This document shows, in pieces, positions 50,756 to 60,500 of a DNA stretch of 64,000 nucleotides. The stretch covers positions 14,732 to 78,731 of the forward strand of contig DAOOFR010000001.1 of the NCBI GenBank assembly GCA_035415285.1, given 5' to 3'. Numbering within the stretch: position 1 is the stretch's first letter; the number at the start of each line of letters is the position of its first letter. This DNA comes from Opitutaceae bacterium (GTDB taxonomy: Bacteria > Verrucomicrobiota > Verrucomicrobiia > Opitutales > Opitutaceae). The position numbers and the translations under genes are program-made. The notes below the pieces were generated by a model that was not told the DNA's origin, did no database searches, and saw nothing but the letters and a program-made list of their open reading frames with translations.

Positions 50756-52053
50756 TGGAGCTCGGGACAACTTCGGTCCACTGCCCGCGCTGCCGGTCGG
50801 TGCATGCGGCGCGGTTGGTGCGCGAGGGCGACCGCATCTTGGGTGTGAGCGACTGCCCGGCGGGAACGCCGCCGGTCGAGCTCACCGACGATGCGGATCT
50901 GTTCCTCCAGTTGCGCGCGCTTGATTGCGAAACAGAAGAACGCTGCCGCACGCCGGACGATCCGTTGCCGCGGGCGCAGTTGTACATCACGGAGGCGTGC
51001 AACTGGCGGTGCCCGGTCTGTTATGCCGCTTCGGGGCCGGACGAGGGTGGCGCACACCTGCCCGTCGCCGAGTGCCTCCGCCGGGCGCAAGACGCGAAAA
51101 GTCGCGGGCTGCGACGTCTGATTCTGCTCGGCGGCGAACCGACGGTGCACCCTGAACTCGAGGCGATCGTCTCCGGCCTGCACGGCCTCGGCATCACGGT
51201 GTCGTTGGGGACCAACGGCCAGCGGTTGGCCGACGAGCCGGCGCTGGCGCAGCGGCTGAAGGCGGCCGGGCTCGCGCACGTGAACCTCCAGTTCGACACC
51301 TTGGTTACCGAAACGCTGCGCCGCCTGCGCGGGCATGCCGAGGTGGAGCTGAAGCAGCGCGCGGTCCGGCATCTGGCCGCGGCGCGGCTGCCGTATTCGC
51401 TGACCGTTACGGTGACCCGGCTGAACCTGCCCGAGCTCGGCGCCATCGTGCGCTGGGCGGCAAGCCAACCGGTGCTGCCGTCGCTCGTGCTGTTTCAGGC
51501 AATGGTGCAGGCCGGGCGGTATCCGGAGGGGCTGGCCGGTGTGTCGCGCGAGGCGATGATCGGGGAGGTCTTGCGCGCCGGTGTGGTCACAGGCGCGACG
51601 GCCCGGCATCTCCACGTGGTGCCGCGGATTCCGGCAGGTGGGCTCGCGATCCACCCCGATTGCGGGGCGTTGCTCTTCGCGCTTCGCCGCGGCGAGGAAC
51701 TGGTGCCGGCCGAGAGCGCGCTGGACATCGCCCGTTTGGTTCAGGCCTTGACCGGCTACCGCGACAGCTGGCGCACGCGGCTGTACGCGGCAGGAGCGTT
51801 GCTGCGCAGCCCGCACCCGGGCCATGGGTACGAGTCGTTCGCGGCCTTGCTCGGACTCCTGCCCGGGCGCGTCAACCGCCGGTTGATGCTACTCGGCTTC
51901 AGCTCGTTTTGTTCGCCCGATTTCCTCGATGAGCGGCGGCTCGCCCGCTGTGCCGATCATGTACTGCTTGCCACCGGTACCGCGCCGGTGTGCCGGCACT
52001 TCGGGCTTCGCACCCCCAACCCCGAACCCGTTCCGCCACGCACCTCACCCTGA
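50755..52053 (+). CDS. Radical SAM protein with an N-terminal zinc-ribbon/rubredoxin-like Cys motif
   Basis: N-terminus HCPRCRS...SDCPAG, the cluster motif ITEACNWRCPVC and LLGGEPTVHPEL. ATG 50755 overlaps the upstream stop (TGATG); the track start is GTG 50752. Confidence 0.8.
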   Translation: MELGTTSVHCPRCRSVHAARLVREGDRILGVSDCPAGTPPVELTDDADLFLQLRALDCETEERCRTPDDPLPRAQLYITEACNWRCPVCYAASGPDEGGAHLPVAECLRRAQDAKSRGLRRLILLGGEPTVHPELEAIVSGLHGLGITVSLGTNGQRLADEPALAQRLKAAGLAHVNLQFDTLVTETLRRLRGHAEVELKQRAVRHLAAARLPYSLTVTVTRLNLPELGAIVRWAASQPVLPSLVLFQAMVQAGRYPEGLAGVSREAMIGEVLRAGVVTGATARHLHVVPRIPAGGLAIHPDCGALLFALRRGEELVPAESALDIARLVQALTGYRDSWRTRLYAAGALLRSPHPGHGYESFAALLGLLPGRVNRRLMLLGFSSFCSPDFLDERRLARCADHVLLATGTAPVCRHFGLRTPNPEPVPPRTSP

Positions 52054-53369
52054 TCCAGCCCAGTGTCGGTCGGAAGGCCGACGGTTCCCCGTATCCGACT
52101 TCCTGGCGCATGGAGCCGCTGGGCATCGCCGCGCTCGCCGGTCTCACCCCGCGGGAGGTGCGCCGCACGTTCTTCGACGACCGGCTCGAGGCGATCGACT
52201 ACGAGGCGTCGACCGATCTGGTGTGCCTCACCGTCGAGACTTACACCGCGCGCCGAGCCTACCAGATCGCCGCGCGCTACCGCTCGCGCGGCGTGCCCGT
52301 GGTGCTCGGCGGTTTCCATCCGACGCTCCTGCCGAAGGAAGCGGCTCGTCACGCCGATGCCGTGGTCGTCGGCGAGGCGGAGCCGGTGTGGTCCGAAGTG
52401 CTGGCTGATGCGGCCCAAGGGAAACTTCGCGCGCGCTACGAGGCGGCCCGGCCATCGCTGGACGGGCTGCGTCCGGATCGTTCGATCTTCGGTCAACGAC
52501 GTTACGGGATGGTGTCGCTCGTCGAGACCTCGCGCGGCTGCCGGTTTCGTTGCGAGTTCTGTTCAATCAGCGCGATGTTCCGGCACAGCTGCCGCGAGCG
52601 CCCGGTGGCCGAGGTCGTCGAGGAGGTCCGTCGGCTGCGCAAGCCGGTATTCTTCGTGGACGACAACGTCGGCTCCGATCCGGTGCGCCTGCGGCAGTTG
52701 TGCGAGGCTTTGATTCCGCTGCGCCGCTCGTGGATCGGGCAGGTGAGCCTGCACATCGCCGCCGACCGCGAGCTGCTCGCGCTCATGCGGCGCTCCGGTT
52801 GCGAAGGCGTGCTCATCGGCTTCGAATCGCTCGACGCGCCCACGCTCACCGCGATGGGCAAGACGGTGAACCTCGGCGCCCGCGACTACCCGCACGCCAT
52901 TCGCGCCTTCCGCGACCACGGGCTGGCGATCTACGCGACATTTGTTTTCGGCTACGACCACGACACGCCCGAGACGTTTCGCCGAGTGTACGAGTTCGCC
53001 CTCGAACAACGTTTCTTCTTCACGGCCTTCAACCACCTCGTGCCGTTTCCCGGCACGCCGCTGTACGAGCGGATGGCGGCGGAGGGGCGACTGCTTTCCC
53101 CGCACTGGTGGCTCGAACCCGAGGGGCGTTTCGGCGAAGTGGTTTTCCAACCGGCGCAACTGTCGCCGCGGCAGCTGGCCGACCTCTGCGAAGAACACCG
53201 TCGGCGCTTCTACGCGTTGGCGTCACTCGCGCGCCGCGCGACCGACTTCCGTGCCAACTGCCGCACGCCGTACAAGGCGCTCGTGTTCCTCGCCCAGAAT
53301 CTCCTGCACCAACGCGAGGTTGTGCGCCGGCAGGGTCTGCCCTTCGGCCTCACGGAGGGGGCGTCGTGA
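51990..53369 (+). CDS. B12-binding-domain radical SAM protein (start uncertain)
   Basis: DLVCLTVETYTARRAYQIAARYRSRGVPVVLGGFH, the cluster motif GCRFRCEFC and NHLVPFPGTPLYERM. Paralog of 47340-48722. The track start would overlap the previous gene by 64 nt. Confidence 0.85.
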   Translation: MPALRASHPQPRTRSATHLTLIQPSVGRKADGSPYPTSWRMEPLGIAALAGLTPREVRRTFFDDRLEAIDYEASTDLVCLTVETYTARRAYQIAARYRSRGVPVVLGGFHPTLLPKEAARHADAVVVGEAEPVWSEVLADAAQGKLRARYEAARPSLDGLRPDRSIFGQRRYGMVSLVETSRGCRFRCEFCSISAMFRHSCRERPVAEVVEEVRRLRKPVFFVDDNVGSDPVRLRQLCEALIPLRRSWIGQVSLHIAADRELLALMRRSGCEGVLIGFESLDAPTLTAMGKTVNLGARDYPHAIRAFRDHGLAIYATFVFGYDHDTPETFRRVYEFALEQRFFFTAFNHLVPFPGTPLYERMAAEGRLLSPHWWLEPEGRFGEVVFQPAQLSPRQLADLCEEHRRRFYALASLARRATDFRANCRTPYKALVFLAQNLLHQREVVRRQGLPFGLTEGAS

Positions 53370-54469
53370 GGTTCACGCTCGCCACCGCGGAGCACGACGC
53401 GGCGTTGCGCCGCCTCCAGCGCGCCCAGCCGATGCCGGGACGGATCCGCCTGGCGTTCGCTTCGGAACCGAGCTGGACCGCCGCCCACGCCGTGCTCGGC
53501 GACGTGAGTCAAACCCTCGTCGCAACCGATGCCACCGGGGCGGTCGCCGGCTGCGGTGTTCGCAGCGTGCGGCGACTCTACGTGAACGGCAGCCCGACCG
53601 AAATGGGCTACCTCTCCGGTCTGCGCTCGCTCCCGCGGGTGCGCCGTGCTCTCGGGTTGGCGCAGGGCTTCCGCTTCCTACGGCAGCTGCACGAGGCCGA
53701 CCGCCGAACGCCCGCGTACCTGACAACGATCATCGAGGGCAACGAGACCGCCGAGGTTGCGCTCACCAGTGCTCGCGCCCGACTGCCGGCATACGTCGAT
53801 CAGGGGCGGTTCATCACCAGTGCGGTGTTCCTCTCCCGCCGACGCAAGCCGGCGGCGCCCGCCGGTGGCGTCGAGATTCGCACGGGCGCCGAGATCGCGT
53901 GGCCGCTGCTCCTCGATTTTCTGCGATCGGAAGGGCCTCGGCGCCAGTTCTTCCCTGTAGTCGAAGCCGACGACTTCGACACGTCGCTCTGGCGGGGCCT
54001 CCGGCCGGCGGACTTCCGCGTCGCGCTCCGCGGCGGCAAGATCGTCGGTGCCGCCGCGGCTTGGGATCAGTCGGCGTATCGCCAAACCGTGGTGACAGGC
54101 TACGATCCGCTGCTGCGCCTGCTGCGGCCGCTCGCCAACCTCGGGCTCGCAGCGCTGGGCCGACCTGCGCTGCCGCCTCCGGGCGACGAGCTCCGATTCA
54201 TCCACCTCGCGCTGCCCTGCGTGCGCGGTGACGACGTTGGCGTCTTCGCCGCGTTGCTCGAGCGTGTCCACGCCGACTGGATTGACGGCCCCTACACCTG
54301 CTTCGTCGTCGGCTTACATGAGCGCGATCCACTGCGGGCGGCATTGGCGAGCTTCCCCACGTTCGCCTACGCCAGCCGGCTCTACCTAGTTAGCTGGGAG
54401 GACGGGGCCGCCTTTGTCGCCGGGCTCGATCCGCACCGGATTCCGCATCTCGAAACCGCCCTGCTGTAG
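53366..54469 (+). CDS. Hypothetical protein, possibly an acyl-CoA N-acyltransferase (GNAT/FemAB-like) fold
   Basis: GTG 53366 overlaps the upstream stop (GTGA). The 367-aa translation is continuous in the 52550-54469 track frame. The fold call rests on general appearance only. Confidence 0.5.
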   Translation: MRFTLATAEHDAALRRLQRAQPMPGRIRLAFASEPSWTAAHAVLGDVSQTLVATDATGAVAGCGVRSVRRLYVNGSPTEMGYLSGLRSLPRVRRALGLAQGFRFLRQLHEADRRTPAYLTTIIEGNETAEVALTSARARLPAYVDQGRFITSAVFLSRRRKPAAPAGGVEIRTGAEIAWPLLLDFLRSEGPRRQFFPVVEADDFDTSLWRGLRPADFRVALRGGKIVGAAAAWDQSAYRQTVVTGYDPLLRLLRPLANLGLAALGRPALPPPGDELRFIHLALPCVRGDDVGVFAALLERVHADWIDGPYTCFVVGLHERDPLRAALASFPTFAYASRLYLVSWEDGAAFVAGLDPHRIPHLETALL

Positions 54470-54470
54470 C

Positions 54471-55196
54471 ATGAGCCTCACCGCCCAGATCGTCGCGCGC
54501 TCGTTGCTGCCGGCCCAGACCGCCGAGGAGATGCTGGCGCTGCACCAGCGGCACTTCGACGGTGTTGAGCGCATGCGCTTCTTCACCGATCTCGAGGAAA
54601 AGGATTGGGTGATCCTCCTGCTCGCCGCCGACGGCCGGTTGGCGGGATTCTCCACGCAGAAGCTGCTGTCCCCGGTCGAAGAGCTTGGCGGCGCCCGGTT
54701 CCTGTTCAGCGGCGACACGATTGTCGAACGGGCGCATGCGAACACCCCGCTGCTGCCCGGTTGCTTCGGTCACCTCATGCTGCGATTGATGGAGCAGTAC
54801 GGCGAGGAGTCGCTCTATTGGTTCCTGATCTCGAAAGGATTCCGCACCTACCGGTTCCTGCCGGTGTTCTTCGAACGCTTCTGGCCGTCATCGGATCACG
54901 CCACGCCCCAGGCCGCGCAAAGGTTGATCGATGCCGTGGCCCGGCGGAAATTCGGCCCTGCGTACGACGCGACCAGCGGCTTGGTGCGCATCGCGGAGAC
55001 GGACCGGCTGGCACCCTCGCTGGCGCAGATTCCGCCCGGCCGGCTCGATGACCGGCACGTGGCGTTCTTCCTCGCGCGCAACCCCGGCTACGCCCGCGGC
55101 GACGAACTGGCCTGCCTCGCGCCGATCCGCCGCGACAACCTCAACAGCTATGGGCGACGCGTGATCCGCAGCACGCATCCGATCTGGGTATGCTGA
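54471..55196 (+). CDS. Hypothetical protein, possibly acyltransferase-like
   Basis: ATG 54471 lies 1 nt after the upstream stop. 241 aa, ...FLFSGDTIVERAHANTPLLPGCFGHLM...YWFLISKGFRTYRFLPVFF... No confident family. Confidence 0.5.
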   Translation: MSLTAQIVARSLLPAQTAEEMLALHQRHFDGVERMRFFTDLEEKDWVILLLAADGRLAGFSTQKLLSPVEELGGARFLFSGDTIVERAHANTPLLPGCFGHLMLRLMEQYGEESLYWFLISKGFRTYRFLPVFFERFWPSSDHATPQAAQRLIDAVARRKFGPAYDATSGLVRIAETDRLAPSLAQIPPGRLDDRHVAFFLARNPGYARGDELACLAPIRRDNLNSYGRRVIRSTHPIWVC

Positions 55197-56884
55197 GAGA
55201 CGCCGTGACCTTCGCCTGCCAGCTGCTCTGGCTGCTCGCCTCGCTCCCGGGCTGGCTGCGTTTCCAGTGGGCGCTGCGGCATCCGCGTCGCGCCCAAGAA
55301 CAGGTGCTGCGACGACTGATAAAGGCCAACCGCGGCACCGCGTTTGGACAAGCGCACGACTTTGCTGCAATCCGGACGCAGGAGGAGTTCTCCAGCCGAG
55401 TGCCGTTTGCGGAGTATGAGGCCTTCGCGGACTCGATCCGGCTCGCGCGCGAGGGCCACGCCTTCCCCCTGGCCGCCGAGCGTCCCGAACTGCTCGAACC
55501 CACCAGCGGTTCCTCGGGAGCTCCGAAACTGATTCCGGTCACGCCGCAACTTCGCCGCGAGTTCGCCGCAGCGGTGCAACCGTGGATCGCATGGCTCCTC
55601 CTCGCTCATCCCCGCCTGCTGCTTGGCCGCCACTATTGGGCGGTGAGCCCGAATACCCGGCCGCTTGCGGGGACGTCGCAGACCACGGACCGCGTGCCGA
55701 TCGGCTTCTCGGACGATGCGGACTACCTCGGTGTGTTCGGACGATTCGTGGCCCGCGGTATCCTCGCCAACCCCGCCGACCTCAGGAACGTCACCGATCC
55801 AGAGTCGTTCACCAAGCTCACGCTGCTCTTTCTGCTCGCGGAGCGAAACCTCCGCCTTGTCTCGGTCTGGCACCCGTCGTTCCTCACCGTGCTGCTGGCC
55901 GCTCTGCCGCGACATCTGCCGGAGGTTCTCGCTGCGCTGCGATGCGGGGAGCTTCCCGGAGGCGCGGCAGCCGACGCCACAGCCCGTGAGGCCATCGGGC
56001 AACGGTTCCGTGGTGACCGACGACGTGCCGACGAACTCGAGGCACTCGATCTCGCCCGAAACCCCGAACGCCTCGCGCAGGTATGGCCGAAATTGGAGAT
56101 CATCAGCTGTTGGGCCGGGCCGCGGTCCGAGCCGTGGCTGGGCGAGTTGCGTCGGCTCTTCCCCCGCGCGGCCATTCAACCGAAAGGCCTGCTGGCGACG
56201 GAGGGCTGCGTGTCCATCCCGACGGGCTGCGGACGAAAACGACCGTGCGCAGTGACCTCGCATTATTTCGAATTCGTCCGGTTTGAAGACGGAGTCGCTG
56301 TGCCGGTGTGGAAGCTGGTGCTCGGGCAGGAGTACTCGGTGGTGCTGACGACCGGCGGCGGGCTCTGGCGCTACCGCCTACATGATCGCGTGAAGGTGGT
56401 GGACTTCTGCCATGCCACGCCGTGTCTCGAGTTTCTCGGCAAGGACAATGCGGTCAGCGACATGGTCGGTGAGAAGCTCGACGAGAGGCATGTTGCGGAA
56501 GCGTTCGCGGAAGTGCTGGCTGGAGGCGACAATACTCCGATTTTCGCGATGTTGGTACCGGATCCCGGGTGGGCTGGGCGATCTGCTGCCGGCTACCTTC
56601 TTCTGTTCGAGGCCGGGCAAGTTGCGGTGGCGCAGGAAGCTTTGCCTCGCTGGTGCGAACGGGTTGAACGTTGCCTGCGGCGGAACTACCACTACGACCA
56701 CGCCTGCAATCGCGGGCAACTGGCGCCTCTACGTGGTGTGCTCGTTCGCGAGGGAGCCCGAAGCTATCGCGAGGCGGCGGTGCGGCGGGGCGCCCGAATC
56801 GGCACGATCAAGATACCGGCGCTGGACTGGCGTTCTGTTGATTCAGGCACCGTGTGGTGGCAGACGGTTTCCGACGGCGAGTGA
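55190..56884 (+). CDS. GH3 family (acyl-acid amido synthetase-like) adenylate-forming enzyme
   Basis: FGQAHDFAAIRTQEEFSSRVPFAEYEAF and the ATP motif EPTSGSSGAPKLIPVT match the GH3 pattern. The start overlaps the upstream gene by 7 nt. Confidence 0.8.
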   Translation: MLRDAVTFACQLLWLLASLPGWLRFQWALRHPRRAQEQVLRRLIKANRGTAFGQAHDFAAIRTQEEFSSRVPFAEYEAFADSIRLAREGHAFPLAAERPELLEPTSGSSGAPKLIPVTPQLRREFAAAVQPWIAWLLLAHPRLLLGRHYWAVSPNTRPLAGTSQTTDRVPIGFSDDADYLGVFGRFVARGILANPADLRNVTDPESFTKLTLLFLLAERNLRLVSVWHPSFLTVLLAALPRHLPEVLAALRCGELPGGAAADATAREAIGQRFRGDRRRADELEALDLARNPERLAQVWPKLEIISCWAGPRSEPWLGELRRLFPRAAIQPKGLLATEGCVSIPTGCGRKRPCAVTSHYFEFVRFEDGVAVPVWKLVLGQEYSVVLTTGGGLWRYRLHDRVKVVDFCHATPCLEFLGKDNAVSDMVGEKLDERHVAEAFAEVLAGGDNTPIFAMLVPDPGWAGRSAAGYLLLFEAGQVAVAQEALPRWCERVERCLRRNYHYDHACNRGQLAPLRGVLVREGARSYREAAVRRGARIGTIKIPALDWRSVDSGTVWWQTVSDGE

Positions 56885-56913
56885 TCTGGTTGGAGGGCGC
56901 GTGAAATCCACGC

Positions 56914-57333
56914 TCACCTTTGTCCGGTGGGCACGGAGACCGGAACGGGAGCGATCTTCTGCCCGGCGGCGAGCCAGTCGCGCAGGCCGCCGGCGTTGGC
57001 GGTGCGGTAGCCCTCGGCGGCGAGGAGGCGGGCGGCCTGGCCGGAACGGTTGCCGGTGCGGCAGTAGAGGATGAGCTCGCGGTTCTTGTTCGCGGCGAGG
57101 AACGGCTTCCAGTCGCGGCGTTCGCCGCGCAGATCGCTCAACGCGAGCGGGGTCGCGCCGGCGACGATTCCGGTCTGTGCCCACTCGCCGGATTCGCGCA
57201 CGTCGATCAGCACGGCGGTGCCGGCGGCGACGCGGGCCGCGGCCTCGGCGGGCGTGAGGCGGGCGACGTCGGCGCGGCAGGCGGTGAGGGCGAAGAGAAG
57301 GATGGCGAACGAGAGGGGGAGAGCGGAGCGCAT
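56914..57333 (-). CDS. Secreted rhodanese-domain sulfurtransferase
   Basis: Signal peptide MRSALPLSFAILLFALTACRA, and a rhodanese fold with the active-site loop LILYCRTGNRSG. Start at ATG 57333. Confidence 0.85.
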   Translation of the reverse strand: MRSALPLSFAILLFALTACRADVARLTPAEAAARVAAGTAVLIDVRESGEWAQTGIVAGATPLALSDLRGERRDWKPFLAANKNRELILYCRTGNRSGQAARLLAAEGYRTANAGGLRDWLAAGQKIAPVPVSVPTGQR

Positions 57334-57550
57334 TGGTTTCCGGTTTTGGGCGCGGCACGGTACGCGATCCCGCGGCCACACCAAACGCGAAACGCACCGG
57401 CCGGTCGCGCCAAAGTCGCTCGGCCGAGCGGCCGCTTGCCCTGCGCGGTGAAGCACTCAACATCCTGCTGCCCCGGCGACAGCCGCGACGACCGCTCCCC
57501 GCGGTCGATCTCCGCCCTGTCCGCACCCCAACGATCGAGACCACCGCCCC

Positions 57551-60500
57551 ATGCGCCGCTCCATCCTCTGGTTTCTCCTGCTTTGCCTCGGCCTCGCCGC
57601 CCGCGCGACCGATCTCGGCAAATTCACGATCCCCGACAATCAGCTGCCCTGGACCCGCGAGGCCGCGCTCGACGCCCGGTTCGGCGGGCAGGTGATCCGG
57701 GTGAACGACCCGCGCGCCGGCGAGTTGCTCGTGATCCTGCCCGCGGCGGGCATCGAGGCCGCGCCCGACGCCGTGATGGCGACGATCCGCGCGGAGTTGC
57801 AACGCGTCGATCCGGCCGCGACCCCCGCCGACGCGCTCCAGCTCGGTCTGGTCGACACCACGTGGTTCGGCGTCGGCCGGCCCGAGGAGGGCTTCGTGCT
57901 CTACCGCGGCGCCGCCGCCAAGGACGGGCTCGTCTATCCGATCGCGCTGCGGGTGCCCGTGCCCGGCACGGTGTCCGTGGAGCACCGGAAGTTTCTGCGC
58001 AACCTCAGAATCCAGCGTGTGGTGACGCGAACCACGGCCGCGGCGCCCATGGGCCGGGGCAATCTTCTGCTCAACAAGAAGGACCTGCCCGGGGCGCTCG
58101 CCGCCTTCGACGAGGCGGTTGCGAAGGATCCGCGGAGTCCGGAAGCCTACTACTTCCGTGGCATGTGCCACAAACGGATGAAGAACGTCGCCGCCGCCCG
58201 GAAGGACCTCGACCGCGCGCTCGCGCTGAAGCGCACCGCCGACTTCCTGGTCGAGCGGGCCGAGGTGGAGATGGCCGCCGGCGATCACGCGGCGGCGCTG
58301 CAATGGCTGGAGCAGGCCCGCGCCGCCGAGCCGGAGAACGAGGCGGTGCACCGCAACCTCGGCATGGTCCACCACAACCTCGGCCAGACCGAGCGCGCGA
58401 TCGCGGCGTTTACCCGGGCGCTGGAGCTCCACCCCGCCAACCGCGGCGGGCGCGCCTCGCTGGTCATGCTTCACTCCCTCGCCAAGAACCCGACGGCCGC
58501 CGCCGCGCAGTGGCACGCCTTCCGCCAGTTCCATCCGGGGGACGCCTACGCCGACGAACTCCGGCAGTTCGTCCTCAAGGAGAATCCCGGTGCGACCTTC
58601 GCCGCCGCGCCCGCCCCGGCCACCGGCCTCCGCGCCGCCACCCGGAGCGCGCCGGCGCCCGCGGTCGCCGCGAACCAGCCGAAACCCCGTGCGGCTGTCA
58701 CGAAGGACTCCGCACGTCCGCCGGCTCGCGCCGCCGCCACAGTGCTGCCGGACGACGATCCGGCGGCGCTGGCCGCGTTCAAGCAGCTGCCGCCGTTGCC
58801 CCCGCTCTCCACGATGCTCGCCCAGGCCCGCGCCACCCCGGTGGCGCCGCGCCTCGACCCGCGCGCGTTCAACTCGTTGCAGTACCTCGGCGCGGTCGCC
58901 GCGGTGCGCCAGGCCATGGCGGAACTCGCCGGACCGCTGAGCGACGAGGCGCGCAAGACCTTCGACGCCCGCTGGGCCGCGATCGAGGACTACCCGGCCG
59001 ACGCCTGTATCGAATACCTCAACGCCGCTTCGCCCCTGCTCGGCGAGATCCTCGCGTTGCGCGCCGCGCTCGTGAAGGCCATGCAGGGCTACGACAACCT
59101 GCTCGACCAGGCGCGCACCGCCCGGCTCTGCGGCAACCACGCCGCCGCCCACGAGGCGATGCGGCGCGCCGGGCAGCACGCCGCGCTGCTCAAGGGGCTC
59201 CAACGCAGTTGCGACCAGGCCGTGCAGGCGCTCGCCGCGCTCGGCGAACTGCCCGATGCCGCGCTGATCAAGGCGCGCGTCGCCGAGCAGTTCGCCGCCG
59301 CCAAGAGCCTGTTGCGCAATCTCGACCGGCCGCTGGCGCTCTCCGGCGAATACGAACCCTCCCGCCACCAGACGGTGCAGGACCCCTTCGACGTCGGCTT
59401 CCGCCAGCCGCCGAACCCCGCGGCGCTGAAGGTCGAATACGACACGGAGACGGGCCGGAGCGTCTACTACCAGCCGTTGAAGAGCATCGGCGGCAACCGC
59501 GTCCTCTTCTACGTCTGCGAGACCTTCCCGGCGGGGAACAGGAACTCCTGGACACAGGTGTTCGAGGAACGGGGCGACGGGGTCTTCGTCTGCTACGGCG
59601 GCGGCAGCGATCTCTCCCGCACCGAACTCCGCGTCACCGAGGACGGCTTCACCGAGACCGAGTACACGCTCGGCCCGCCGGGCATCAACCCGGCGAACAA
59701 CGACTTCTCCGAACGGGCGGCGGCCGCCGTCGCGAAGGGCCAGCGCCCGTCGGGCAAACTGGTCTATTCCGTGCGCAGTCGCACCCATTTTGCTACCGGC
59801 GTGCAGTACCAACGACCGCCCACCGACGACGAGTTCGACTGGCGCGGCTGGGAGTCCGACTTCCGCAAACAGGAGAAGGCGATCCTGGCCGAGTTCGAGG
59901 GCGAGCAGCGCGCGTTCGAGACGCTCGCGCCGTCGCTCCCGTTTCCGCGGCCGATCCCCGCCGAACACATCTTCTGGGTCCTGGAGCGCACCGCCGTCGT
60001 CCCGGCGAACGATCCCTGGGTGCCCCAATGGCAGCTCTCGGAGGTGAACCCCGCGGCCGACGCGGTCTTCCGCCGCCTGATCAAGCGCAACGACGGACTC
60101 GAGCCCTTCCCGCAGCTCGTCGCGGCCCGCACCACCGAGGTGGCGCCCAACGGCATCCGCTGCCGCGATGTGCAGAAGGTCGTCGATGCGCGTGGCGATC
60201 CCGACGTGGTCTACGACACGCTGAGCGTCGCCTACGAGCTCGCGTGGACTCCGCCGCCGCCCGTGCTCGCGCAGGTCGGCGGGCGTTTCGAGGTCGAGAT
60301 CACCGCCGCCCGCGAGGTGACGGCACCGCGCCAGAAGGCGCTGCTGCCGGCCGCATTCGCCGACTTGCTGGCCACCGCAACCCCATCCGCCGGTGACGAG
60401 CAACGGGAGCACCTGCTCACGCCGCACCTGCGCTCCGCCGCGGCCAAGGTCAAGGAGACGACCCCGCTCGCCTGCACCGCCGACCAGCTCAACGGCGAGG

